DNA of 64,000 bases from contig OZ251459.1 of assembly GCA_965242525.1 (NCBI GenBank), positions 2,496,001-2,560,000 of the forward strand, in the 5' to 3' direction. Positions 52,357 to 61,089 of this stretch are shown here, in pieces (the first letter of the stretch is position 1; every line of letters begins with the position of its first letter). The notes below the pieces were generated by a model, which worked only from the letters and a program-made list of their open reading frames with translations, was not told the origin of the DNA and did not search any database. This DNA is from an uncultured Candidatus Binatia bacterium. Its GTDB lineage: Bacteria; Desulfobacterota; Binatia; UBA9968; JAJDTQ01. The translations under genes were made by a program, and so were the position numbers.

Positions 52357-54348
52357 ATGATCGAAGCCGCCCTCCAGGGTCTGCAAAACCTCCTTTCGCT
52401 GAACGTCCTGGCGGGGATGCTCGCCGGGGTCGGGGTGGGCACCTTCACGGCCGTCACGCCCCAGGGCCTGGGCACCCCGCTCATGTACGCGCTGTTCCTG
52501 TCGGTGGTGACCCAGTGGGACCCGCTGGTGGCCATCGCCTTCCTGGTCGGCATGGACGCGGTGAGCAGCACGTGCAGCGCCTACCTGCCGGTGCTCTTCG
52601 GCATCCCCGGCGGCGCCGGCTCCCAGGCCACCGTGCTGGACGGCTATCCCATGGGCCGGAACGGCCAAGCCCGGCGCGCCCTGGGGGCGGCCTTCACCGC
52701 GGGCGTCCTCGGAAGCCTGGTGGGCACCTTGACCCTGGCGGCCGCCATCCCGGCGGCCCAGGCCATCATCCTGTTCCTGGGCTCTCCCGAGCTCTTCGTG
52801 GTGTCCCTCTGGGGCCTCAGCATGGTCTCCGTGCTGGCCGGGCCGCGTCCGGTGAAGGGGTTGATGGCCGGGGCCGCGGGACTGGTGGTCTCCGTGGTCG
52901 GGGTCCAGCCCCAGTCCGGGGTCATGCGCTTCGTGTTCGACCAGCCCTACCTGCTGGAGGGAGTGCCCTTGGCGGTGGCCGCGCTGGCGCTCTTCGGCGT
53001 ACCCTCCGCCCTCGACTTGGCGCTCGCGAAGGTGGGGGTCGAGCGCGCGCCCGCGCCCCTGGCGGGGCGGCTCCTGGACGGCGTCCGGGACGCCTTCCGC
53101 AACCTGTGGCTGGTGGTCCGGTGCAGCTTCCTGGGCGTCTGGGTGGGCATCGTCCCGGGCCTTGGCGCCCAGGTGGTGGACTGGCTCAGCTACGGCCATG
53201 CCGCCCAGACCTGCAAGGGCGCCAAGGAGACCTTCGGCAAGGGCGACGTGCGCGGGGTCATCGCGCCCGAGGCCTCCAACGACGCCAAGGACGGCGGCAC
53301 CCTGATCCCCATGCTCACGCTGGGCGTGCCGGGGAGCCTGGTTTCGGCGCTCTTCCTGTTCGCCCTGACGGCCATGGGGTACGCCCCGGGTCCCTTCATG
53401 CTGGAGCGCAACGCGGACGTGGTCTATAGCATCGTGTGGGTGCTGGGCATCGCCAGCGTCATCGGCGGAATCCTGGGTCTCGTCTTCTCGAACCAACTGG
53501 CCAGGCTCGCGGAGCTGCGCTACTCCATCATCGTGCCGTCGATACTGGGTTTCGTGCTGATCGGGGCGCTGAACGCCAACCAGAGCCCGCTGGACCTGGT
53601 GATGGTGGTGTCGTTCGGCCTCGTCGGTTACTTCCTGAAGCTCTTCGGCTATCCCAGGCCGCCCCTGATCCTGGGCATGATCCTCGGCATCATCATGGAG
53701 AAGTACCTCTACATCTCCACCGCGCGCTACGGTTTCGACTGGTTGGCGCGCCCGTCGGTGCTGGCGCTCCTGGCTCTCGTGGCGGCGACCCTGGGCTACA
53801 CCCTGTGGAGCCGGAGGGACAGGGGAGCCGCGTCCGGCCGAGGACGGGAGGCGGCGAGCCCCGGCCCGGGCTTCCGCGTCAACGGGGAAGCCCTGCTGGT
53901 CATGGGCTTCCTGGCGTTCTTCGTGCTGGTCATGCGGACCGGCGCCGAATGGCCCCTCGTGGCCAAGCTCATGCCGGTCTATATCGCCGCGGTTCCCGGG
54001 GCCGCGCTGGCCCTGTGGCAACTCTTCCGCGTGGCCACCGGCCGGGAGCGGGCCGCGTCCCGCGGCGTCGAGATGGACGAAGGTTTCCGGCAGGAACTCG
54101 ATACGCGGGTGGCGCGCCGGCGCACCGCGGTCTTCTTCGCCTGGTTCACGGGCGCCGCCCTCGCCGTGTGGCTCCTGGGGATCACCTTGGCCGTCCCCCT
54201 CTTCGTCTTCCTCTATTGCCTCGTCGAAGGACGGGAAAAGCTCCGGGTCGCCCTGCTCATGGCCGCGGTCGCCTTCCTCCTGCTCTGGGGGTTGTTCGAG
54301 GGCGTGTTCCAGGTGCTGTGGGCCGACGGCGTGCTGTTCGGCGGCTGA
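52357..54348 (+). CDS. TctA permease fused to a TctB-like C-terminal domain
   Basis: ATVLDGYPM, GVIAPEASN, LGVPGS, followed by about 150 aa with 4 extra TM helices. Confidence 0.85.
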   Translation: MIEAALQGLQNLLSLNVLAGMLAGVGVGTFTAVTPQGLGTPLMYALFLSVVTQWDPLVAIAFLVGMDAVSSTCSAYLPVLFGIPGGAGSQATVLDGYPMGRNGQARRALGAAFTAGVLGSLVGTLTLAAAIPAAQAIILFLGSPELFVVSLWGLSMVSVLAGPRPVKGLMAGAAGLVVSVVGVQPQSGVMRFVFDQPYLLEGVPLAVAALALFGVPSALDLALAKVGVERAPAPLAGRLLDGVRDAFRNLWLVVRCSFLGVWVGIVPGLGAQVVDWLSYGHAAQTCKGAKETFGKGDVRGVIAPEASNDAKDGGTLIPMLTLGVPGSLVSALFLFALTAMGYAPGPFMLERNADVVYSIVWVLGIASVIGGILGLVFSNQLARLAELRYSIIVPSILGFVLIGALNANQSPLDLVMVVSFGLVGYFLKLFGYPRPPLILGMILGIIMEKYLYISTARYGFDWLARPSVLALLALVAATLGYTLWSRRDRGAASGRGREAASPGPGFRVNGEALLVMGFLAFFVLVMRTGAEWPLVAKLMPVYIAAVPGAALALWQLFRVATGRERAASRGVEMDEGFRQELDTRVARRRTAVFFAWFTGAALAVWLLGITLAVPLFVFLYCLVEGREKLRVALLMAAVAFLLLWGLFEGVFQVLWADGVLFGG

Positions 54349-54395
54349 GGCGCGGCCCGGTTCCTGTTGCGGCAGATATGCAGTAAGCTGAGGAT

Positions 54396-55604
54396 ATGCC
54401 GCCAAAGTGGATCGACAGGACGTTCCAGCCGGTGTTGACCGGTCCCGCGGAGCATCTGCGGCTCTTTCCTGTGTGGCTGTTGCTGGGACCGCGGCAGGTG
54501 GGCAAGAGTTCCCTGCTCGACAGGTGCGCGGACGGCCACGCTTACGTCAGCCTCGACGACCTCGACACCCGGGAACGCGCCAACCGGGACCCGGTGCTGT
54601 TCGTGCGGGAGCTCCGGCCGCCGTTCGTCATCGACGAGATCCAGTATGCGCCCCGGCTGTTGAGCCCCATCAAGCGCCTGGTGGACGCGGGCGGCCTCGC
54701 GCCCGGGGCGGTCCGGCTCACCGGGTCCCAGAACTTCCGGATGATGGCGGGGGTCACCGAGACCCTGGCCGGTCGGGTGGCGGTGCTCAACCTGCTGGGG
54801 CTTTCGGACGAGGAAAAAGGGCTCCCCCCGCTCCTTCCCCCCGACGAGTACTTCCGACGGTTGATCGAGACCGGGTTCCCCCGGCTCCGCGGGGTCGAGG
54901 ACCGGGCCGCCCGGGACCTCTACCTTTCGTCCTACGTGCAGACCTACATCGAACGCGACATCCGCGAGCTGCTGCGCATCGAGAAGCGCCGGGAGTTCGA
55001 GACCTTCGTCAAGCTGTGCGCGCTGCGCACCGGACAGGTGGTCAACTACCAGGACCTCGCGCGCGACGCCAACGTCTCCCCCGCCACCGTCAAGGAGTGG
55101 CTCAGCCTGCTGGAGGACGGTTTCCTCGTCAAGCTGCTGTCTCCGTGTTTCTCCAACCGGACCAGGAGGATGACCAAGAGTCCCAAGTTGTACTTCCTGG
55201 ACGCGGGGCTGGCGGCGTGGCTCGGCGGCTGGCGGAGCGCGTCCGAGGCGCGCCTGGGGCCCATGGGCGGCGCCCTGTTCGAGACCCACGTCCTCGCCGA
55301 GATCCTCAAGCGGTTCCGCCATCGGGCGCGGGAAGTGCAGGTCCACTTCTGGCGCACCCGGGACGGCCGGGAGATCGACTTCCTCGTGGAGACCGACGGC
55401 AGGACCTATCCCGTGGAGGTCAAGCTCGGTTCGCCCCGGTACGACCGCCTGGCGCCGTTGGAGAAGGTCGCCGGCCCGGGCTGGCGGGAAGGACAGGTGG
55501 TGTCGCTGGCGGCTTCGGAAAGCCCGGTTCGGCTGCGGGACGACTGGACCCTGTGTGCGCCCGGCTCGCTGGACGTGGGCATGGCCGGGACCGGCCGCGG
55601 ATGA
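54396..55604 (+). CDS. AAA_14 ATPase with DUF4143 domain
   Basis: GPRQVGKS, IDEIQ, LTGS, KSPKLYFLDAG, EIDF...VEVK. Confidence 0.88.
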   Translation: MPPKWIDRTFQPVLTGPAEHLRLFPVWLLLGPRQVGKSSLLDRCADGHAYVSLDDLDTRERANRDPVLFVRELRPPFVIDEIQYAPRLLSPIKRLVDAGGLAPGAVRLTGSQNFRMMAGVTETLAGRVAVLNLLGLSDEEKGLPPLLPPDEYFRRLIETGFPRLRGVEDRAARDLYLSSYVQTYIERDIRELLRIEKRREFETFVKLCALRTGQVVNYQDLARDANVSPATVKEWLSLLEDGFLVKLLSPCFSNRTRRMTKSPKLYFLDAGLAAWLGGWRSASEARLGPMGGALFETHVLAEILKRFRHRAREVQVHFWRTRDGREIDFLVETDGRTYPVEVKLGSPRYDRLAPLEKVAGPGWREGQVVSLAASESPVRLRDDWTLCAPGSLDVGMAGTGRG

Positions 55605-55644
55605 GACCCGCGGGTTGCACGACACCGGACGGAGGACGCGCCTC

Positions 55645-57333
55645 ATGGGCCAGGGCTTCCTGAGCAAGGACCGCATCGTGGCGCCGCCGGGGTTCAACCG
55701 GTGGCGGATACCTCCCGCGTCGGTCGCCATGCACCTGTGCATCGGCTCCATCTACTCCTGGAGCATCTTCAACCCGGTGCTGACCAGGGAGTTGGGCGTG
55801 GTGGCCAGCGCCGCGGCGGACTGGAGCATCGGCTCGGTGGTGTGGATCTTCTCGGTGGCCATCGTGTTCGTGGGTCTTGCCGCGGCCGTGGCCGGCGGAT
55901 GGATCGACCGGGTGGGGCCCCGCGCCGCGGGCGTTGCCGCGGCGTGCCTCTGGGGCAGCGGCTTCATGGTCGGCAGCGCGGGCATCCACTGGCACCAGTT
56001 GTGGCTGGTCTATGCGGGTTACGGCGTGTTGGGCGGATGCGGCCTGGGTCTGGCCTACCTCGCGCCGGTGCCGATCCTGATCCGCTGGTTTCCCGACCGG
56101 CGCGGGATGGCCACGGGCATGGCCATCATGGGGTTCGGCGGCGGCGCCATGATCGCCGCGCCGCTGAAGGAGTTCCTGCTGCAAACGTTCCGGGAGGCGC
56201 CCCGCTACCTGGGTCCCGCGGACGCGACGCCGCTGGTGACCGAAGGCGGGCGGCGGTTCGCCGAGGTGGCCGGCCAGCGGGTGGAGGTGGTGACCGCGGG
56301 CCCCGCGGCCGCGGAAGGCGTCTATGTGGTGGGCAGCGGCGGCACGGGCGCCGCGGAGACCTTCCTGGTCATGGGGGTCGTTTACATGGCGGTGATGCTG
56401 GCCGCGGCTTTCGCCTACCGGGTCCCGGCCAGGGACTGGAGGCCCGCGGGGTGGGACCCCGAGGGCGCGGGCGCGCCGAAACGCATGGTCACCACCGAGA
56501 ACGTGCACGTGAGCCAGGCGCACCGGACGCCGCAGTTCTACCTGCTCTGGGTGATGCTCTGCTTCAACGTCACCGCGGGCATCGGCGTCATCGGCGTCGC
56601 CAAGACCATGATGACCGACATCTTCGGCTCCACCCTGCCCGCGGTGGCGACCCCGGCCTTCGCCTCGACCTACGTGCTGATGATCAGCGTGTTCAACATG
56701 GGCGGCCGGTTCCTCTGGGCGTCGGTGTCCGACTACATCGGCAGGAGGGCCACCTGTTCGCTGTTCTTCGTGGCCGGGGCGCTGCTGTACCTGTCCATCC
56801 CCTTGGCGGCCAACGGCGTGGCCGCGGACCCCGGGGTCGCGTGGCTGGTGCTGTTCTACGCCGCCACCATGCTGGCCTTCACCTTCTACGGCGGCGGCTT
56901 CGCCACCATCCCGGCCTACGTGGCGGACGTGTTCGGCGCCATGCACGTGGGCGGCATCCACGGACGCATCCTCACGGCCTGGAGCGTCGCCGGGGTGCTG
57001 GGGCCGTTCCTCATCACCCGCATCCGCGACCTGTCCATCCGGGGGTCCATCCGCGACTTGGCCGCCAAGGTCGATCCCGCGGACTTCGAGGCCCGCTTCG
57101 GCGCGCCCCTCGCCAGCCTGGAGGAGTTGGCGGCCGCCAGGACCGTGACCATCGGCAACCTGATGGAGCTCGCCCCGCCCGGAACCCCGGACCCCACGCC
57201 GGGCCTCTACAACCCCACCATGTTCGCCATGGCGGCGTTCCTGGCGGTCGCCTTCGTCGCCAACGGGATGATGCGTCCGGTGGACGCCAAGCGCCACGTC
57301 CGCAACACCCACCCGGACTTGGCCGATACGTAA
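55645..57333 (+). CDS. MFS transporter, oxalate:formate antiporter (OFA) family
   Basis: HLCIGSIYSWS, WFPDRRGMATG, YGGGFATIPAY; GGAGG RBS. Confidence 0.9.
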   Translation: MGQGFLSKDRIVAPPGFNRWRIPPASVAMHLCIGSIYSWSIFNPVLTRELGVVASAAADWSIGSVVWIFSVAIVFVGLAAAVAGGWIDRVGPRAAGVAAACLWGSGFMVGSAGIHWHQLWLVYAGYGVLGGCGLGLAYLAPVPILIRWFPDRRGMATGMAIMGFGGGAMIAAPLKEFLLQTFREAPRYLGPADATPLVTEGGRRFAEVAGQRVEVVTAGPAAAEGVYVVGSGGTGAAETFLVMGVVYMAVMLAAAFAYRVPARDWRPAGWDPEGAGAPKRMVTTENVHVSQAHRTPQFYLLWVMLCFNVTAGIGVIGVAKTMMTDIFGSTLPAVATPAFASTYVLMISVFNMGGRFLWASVSDYIGRRATCSLFFVAGALLYLSIPLAANGVAADPGVAWLVLFYAATMLAFTFYGGGFATIPAYVADVFGAMHVGGIHGRILTAWSVAGVLGPFLITRIRDLSIRGSIRDLAAKVDPADFEARFGAPLASLEELAAARTVTIGNLMELAPPGTPDPTPGLYNPTMFAMAAFLAVAFVANGMMRPVDAKRHVRNTHPDLADT

Positions 57334-57339
57334 CCCGGG

Positions 57340-57450
57340 GGGCTCTTCCGGCTTTCGAGTGGGCAAGGCAGGCGGGAAAGGGGAGCGACAGGGTTCAGGC
57401 CGTCATCTCCGCAGACGCCCACCTCGTCATTCCCGCGAAAGCGGGAATCC
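57340..57450 (+). repeat. MITE-like left end plus REP family A
   Basis: GGGCTCTTCCGGCTTTCG...CGTCATTCCCGCGAAAGCGGGAATCC. Confidence 0.8.
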
Positions 57451-57629
57451 AGTCACATAACCCGCACGCATTCTTGAAGCGCCTCCAAGGGAGGGCCGCC
57501 CTCGACAGCGCCTTCCCCAGCATCTCGAAATCCACCTTGACACCGGACGGGCTTGTTCGATATAGCACCGGGTTCTTATCGTAACACTCGAATGGTTGAG
57601 GAGACTCGGAACGGTCCCGGAGGAAGGGC

Positions 57630-57669
57630 GCGTCCTTCGACTTCGCTTCGCTACGCTCAGGACGAACGG
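57630..57669 (-). repeat. REP family B copy
   Basis: Reverse complement of the 4254-4295 core. Confidence 0.9.
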
Positions 57670-57775
57670 AGGTCCCCGCTTCGCTACCATCGGGACGAAC
57701 GGGGACGGGAAGGCGCGTGAGGGAATAACCCTCATCCACGGCTCGATCGTTCAGGGTTTCCTCGAGGAGGTTTCC

Positions 57776-58795
57776 ATGAAGCCAGCAGTTGCGGGAATGG
57801 TTGCTCTGTGCGCCGCCGCGGCCGGGTCGCCGGCCGCCCACGCGGTGGATTTCTCCGGCAAGACGTTCGTGGTGATGGTGGCGTCGAACCCGGGCGGCGG
57901 CACCGACACCACGGCCCGCCTGGTCGCGCGCTACTGGAGCCGCTACCTGCCCGGAAAACCCGAGGTGGTCATCCGCAACAAGCCGCTCCAGACCGCGGCC
58001 GCCAACTTCTTCCAGCGCAAGACCCGCCCCGACGGCCTCACCACCGCGGTGTTCGCGGGCGGGGGCAGCCTCTCGCCGGTGGCGCGCAAGGCGTCGTCGG
58101 TCCGTTACGACCCCCTGAGTTGGGAGTACGTCGGCTCCATCGAGCGCGGGCCGTCCGTGCAGTTCATTCGCAAGAGCGCCTTGGCGAGGCTCGGGGACCC
58201 CGGCGCCCCGCCCGTGGCGGTGGGCTCGGCCGGGCCGGGCTACCGCCCCTCCGACGCCATGGCGGTCTATGGCGCGGAATACGGCGGCTGGAACATCAAG
58301 GTCGTGCACGGCTACCCGAGCTCCCGGGACGTGTACCTTGCCTATGAGCGGGGCGAGGTGGACATGTTCGGCTCCGGCACTTCCAGGATCATCCGGCGCT
58401 TTCTCGAGGGCGATGCGGTGGCCTTGGCGGTCCACGAGAAGCGGGCGGACTTCCCCAAGGTGCCCACCCTGGAGGAGCTCCTTGGCGACAAGCTGCCCCA
58501 GGGCATGGCCCGCAAGGCCTACCGCATCTGGTCGGGTCCCAGCTCGGTGGACAAGTACTTCGTGCTCCCGGCCAGGACCCCCGCAGCCGTGGTCAACGCC
58601 TTGAGGTCCTCGTTCGCCAAGGTGCTGGCCGACCCCGGCTTCCAGAAGGACGCCAGGAAGATCCTCGGCAAGGGCTACCGCCCGCTCACCGGGCCCGAGA
58701 CGCAGCAGTTGGTCAGGGACTCGCTGGTGGTCCCCGACGAGGTCCTGGGCTTCAACCGCAAGCTGCGCGAGAAACACGGCCTGCCGGTCCAGTAA
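57776..58795 (+). CDS. TctC/Bug-like substrate-binding protein
   Basis: GAGGAGG RBS, signal peptide, PGGGTDTTAR, PDG, VPTL. Confidence 0.85.
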   Translation: MKPAVAGMVALCAAAAGSPAAHAVDFSGKTFVVMVASNPGGGTDTTARLVARYWSRYLPGKPEVVIRNKPLQTAAANFFQRKTRPDGLTTAVFAGGGSLSPVARKASSVRYDPLSWEYVGSIERGPSVQFIRKSALARLGDPGAPPVAVGSAGPGYRPSDAMAVYGAEYGGWNIKVVHGYPSSRDVYLAYERGEVDMFGSGTSRIIRRFLEGDAVALAVHEKRADFPKVPTLEELLGDKLPQGMARKAYRIWSGPSSVDKYFVLPARTPAAVVNALRSSFAKVLADPGFQKDARKILGKGYRPLTGPETQQLVRDSLVVPDEVLGFNRKLREKHGLPVQ

Positions 58796-58915
58796 TAGCC
58801 GCCCGGGCGGTTCGAGGCCCGCGGGGCGGGCGGTCCCCGACCCCCGGTCCCCGGAGCCTGGTCCTCCGGGGAGGCCGGGAAACCGAGGCGGCGCTTCCGC
58901 CTGCCGCGTGAAACC

Positions 58916-60388
58916 ATGCTTGACGCCGCTTGGCAGGGCCTTTCGGGCATACTCGCGCCCGAGCCCATGCTGCTGCTCCTCTTCGGGGTCCTCCTGGGCG
59001 TCTGGGGCGGCGCCCTGCCCGGGGTGGGCGGGCCGTCGCAGCTCGCGGTCCTCCTGCCCTTCGCGATGGTCATGGAGCCCTTCAACGCCATCGCCTTCCT
59101 CATCGGCGTCACCACCGTAGGCAACACCGGCAACACCTTCACCTCCGTGCTGGTGGCGGTGCCCGGCGGGTCCGGGGCCCAGGCCACGGTGCTGGACGGC
59201 TACCCCATGGCCCGCAACGGCGAAGCCGCCCGGGCCCTGAGCGCCGCCTTCACCGTGTCCATGCTCGGAGGGATCTTCGGCGCCCTGGTGCTCTTCGCTT
59301 CCCTGCCGGTGCTGCGCGAGGTCGTTCGCAGCTTCGGCTCCCCCGAGCTCTTCCTGTTCACCGTCTGGGGCCTCAGCATGCTGGGCGTCATCAGTTCCGG
59401 CGCGCCCCTCAAGGGACTCACCGCGGGCATCCTGGGCGTCCTCCTGTCAACCGTCGGCCAGGACGACAAGTCCGGGGTGATCCGCTTCGATGTGGGGCTG
59501 CCCTACCTGTGGGACGGCGTGAGCGTGGTGCTCATCTCCCTCAGCATCTTCGCCGTCCCGGAGATGATCGCCCTGGCCGGCCGCAAGGGCCGGGTGGCCG
59601 AGGTCCAGAAGCTCGGCAGCGGCCTGCTGGAAGGGATCCGGGACGCCTTCCGCCACTGGTGGCTCCTGGTCCGGTGCTCGGCCATCGGCGTGTGGGTGGG
59701 CGTGTTGCCGGGTCTCGGCAGCGACGTGGCGGACTGGTTCGCCTACGCCCATGCCCGGCAGACCGAAAGGAACGGCGAGGGCTTCGGCCGGGGCGACGTG
59801 CGCGGCGTCATCGCGCCGGAATCGTCCAACAACGCCAAGGAAGGCGGGGCGCTCATCACTACCCTGGCCTTCGGCATCCCCGGCAGCACCTCCATGGCCT
59901 TGCTGCTCATCGCCTTCGTGGCCGTGGGCCTGACCCCGGGCCCCGAAATGCTCACCGACCAGTTGGGCTTCGTCTTCAGCATCATCTGGGCCCTGGTGTT
60001 CTCCCAGATCCTGGCCTCCGGGGTCTGCTGGCTCCTGGTGAAGCCCGCGGCGCGCATCTGCGTCCTGCCCTTCTACGTGCTCGTGCCGTTCATCGTCGCC
60101 CTGGCGTTCCTCAGCGCCTTCGCCGCCAACTTCGACATCGGCGACTTGGTGGCGCTGCTGACCCTCTCGCTGCTGGGCTACCTGCTGAAGGTCTTCGGTT
60201 GGCCCCGGGCCCCGGTGGTGCTCGGGTTCGTCCTGGGCCGCAAGATGGAGCTCTACCTGTGGCTGGCCGTGGCCCGCTACGGCATGGAGTGGGTCTTCCG
60301 CCCCGGCGTCGTGGTCCTGTCCCTGCTGGTGCTGGGGACGCTGCTGTTCCCGCTGGTCAAGGCCCGGCGGGCGGCGCCCGCCCCGTGA
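58916..60388 (+). CDS. TctA permease
   Basis: ATVLDGYPM, GVIAPESSNNA, FGIPGS. Confidence 0.9.
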   Translation: MLDAAWQGLSGILAPEPMLLLLFGVLLGVWGGALPGVGGPSQLAVLLPFAMVMEPFNAIAFLIGVTTVGNTGNTFTSVLVAVPGGSGAQATVLDGYPMARNGEAARALSAAFTVSMLGGIFGALVLFASLPVLREVVRSFGSPELFLFTVWGLSMLGVISSGAPLKGLTAGILGVLLSTVGQDDKSGVIRFDVGLPYLWDGVSVVLISLSIFAVPEMIALAGRKGRVAEVQKLGSGLLEGIRDAFRHWWLLVRCSAIGVWVGVLPGLGSDVADWFAYAHARQTERNGEGFGRGDVRGVIAPESSNNAKEGGALITTLAFGIPGSTSMALLLIAFVAVGLTPGPEMLTDQLGFVFSIIWALVFSQILASGVCWLLVKPAARICVLPFYVLVPFIVALAFLSAFAANFDIGDLVALLTLSLLGYLLKVFGWPRAPVVLGFVLGRKMELYLWLAVARYGMEWVFRPGVVVLSLLVLGTLLFPLVKARRAAPAP

Positions 60389-60399
60389 AGGATGCGTCC

Positions 60400-60882
60400 A
60401 TGAGGTTCCGGCCCACGGACATCTTCACCCTCTTCATCGGGCTGGCCATCCTGGCGGCCATGATCGCCGCCTGGGACTGGCCCTTGCGGGCGTCCATCAT
60501 CGTGCTGGTGCTGGGCAGCGCCGGGCTGGTGATGGTGGCGGCGCAGTTGATCCTGGACCTGGGCCGGAACCGCCGCAAGCCGGCCCCGGAGCCCAGGCTG
60601 GCTTTCGAGATCCCCTCGTTCGAAGAGGGCGGTCCCGAAGCCTTTCCCCGCGGCGCGCTGGAGGTCTGGTGCTGGTTGATCGGCCTGCTGCTGGCCGTAT
60701 TCGTGGTGGGCCTGCCCGCGGCCCTGGTGCTGTTCGTCTTCCTCTACATGAAATGCTACGGAGCGGGCTGGCTCCTGTCCCTGGGCATGGCCGCGGCCAT
60801 CACCGGGTTCGAGTACGGCGTGTACGACCGGATCATGCACGTGTACTGGCCGGAAGCGCTCATCTGGCGCCTGTTCGAGTAA
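60400..60882 (+). CDS. TctB-like membrane protein
   Basis: 160 aa, about 4 TM helices, similar to the fused C-terminal domain of 52357-54348; C-terminal part of track ORF 58930-60882. Confidence 0.78.
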   Translation: MRFRPTDIFTLFIGLAILAAMIAAWDWPLRASIIVLVLGSAGLVMVAAQLILDLGRNRRKPAPEPRLAFEIPSFEEGGPEAFPRGALEVWCWLIGLLLAVFVVGLPAALVLFVFLYMKCYGAGWLLSLGMAAAITGFEYGVYDRIMHVYWPEALIWRLFE

Positions 60883-60883
60883 A

Positions 60884-61051
60884 GGAACCCCTGGACCATC
60901 GAGACATCCCGGACGGCTTCCCTCACCCCGACCATCCCGTTCCCGTTCGTCCTGAGCGTAGCGAAGCGGAGTCCCCCCATTCATCCTGAGCGTAGCGAAG
61001 CGGAGTCGAAGGACGCTCTCATGCTCTCTGTCCCGATTGTTCAGAGGTTCC
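60884..61051. mobile_element. Second (inverted) copy of the 35434-35726 MITE, with one 17-mer unit and a duplicated REP-B
   Basis: GGAACCCCTGGACCATCGAGACATCC ... CTCATGCTCTCTGTCCCGATTGTTCAGAGGTTCC. Confidence 0.8.
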
Positions 61052-61089
61052 CTTAGTTGCGTGTGGGAGTTTTCCTGCCCGCGGGGCGC

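Noticed and set aside
54396-55604. AAA-DUF4143 gene as a novel system
   Set aside because: Common standalone family with no partner gene here
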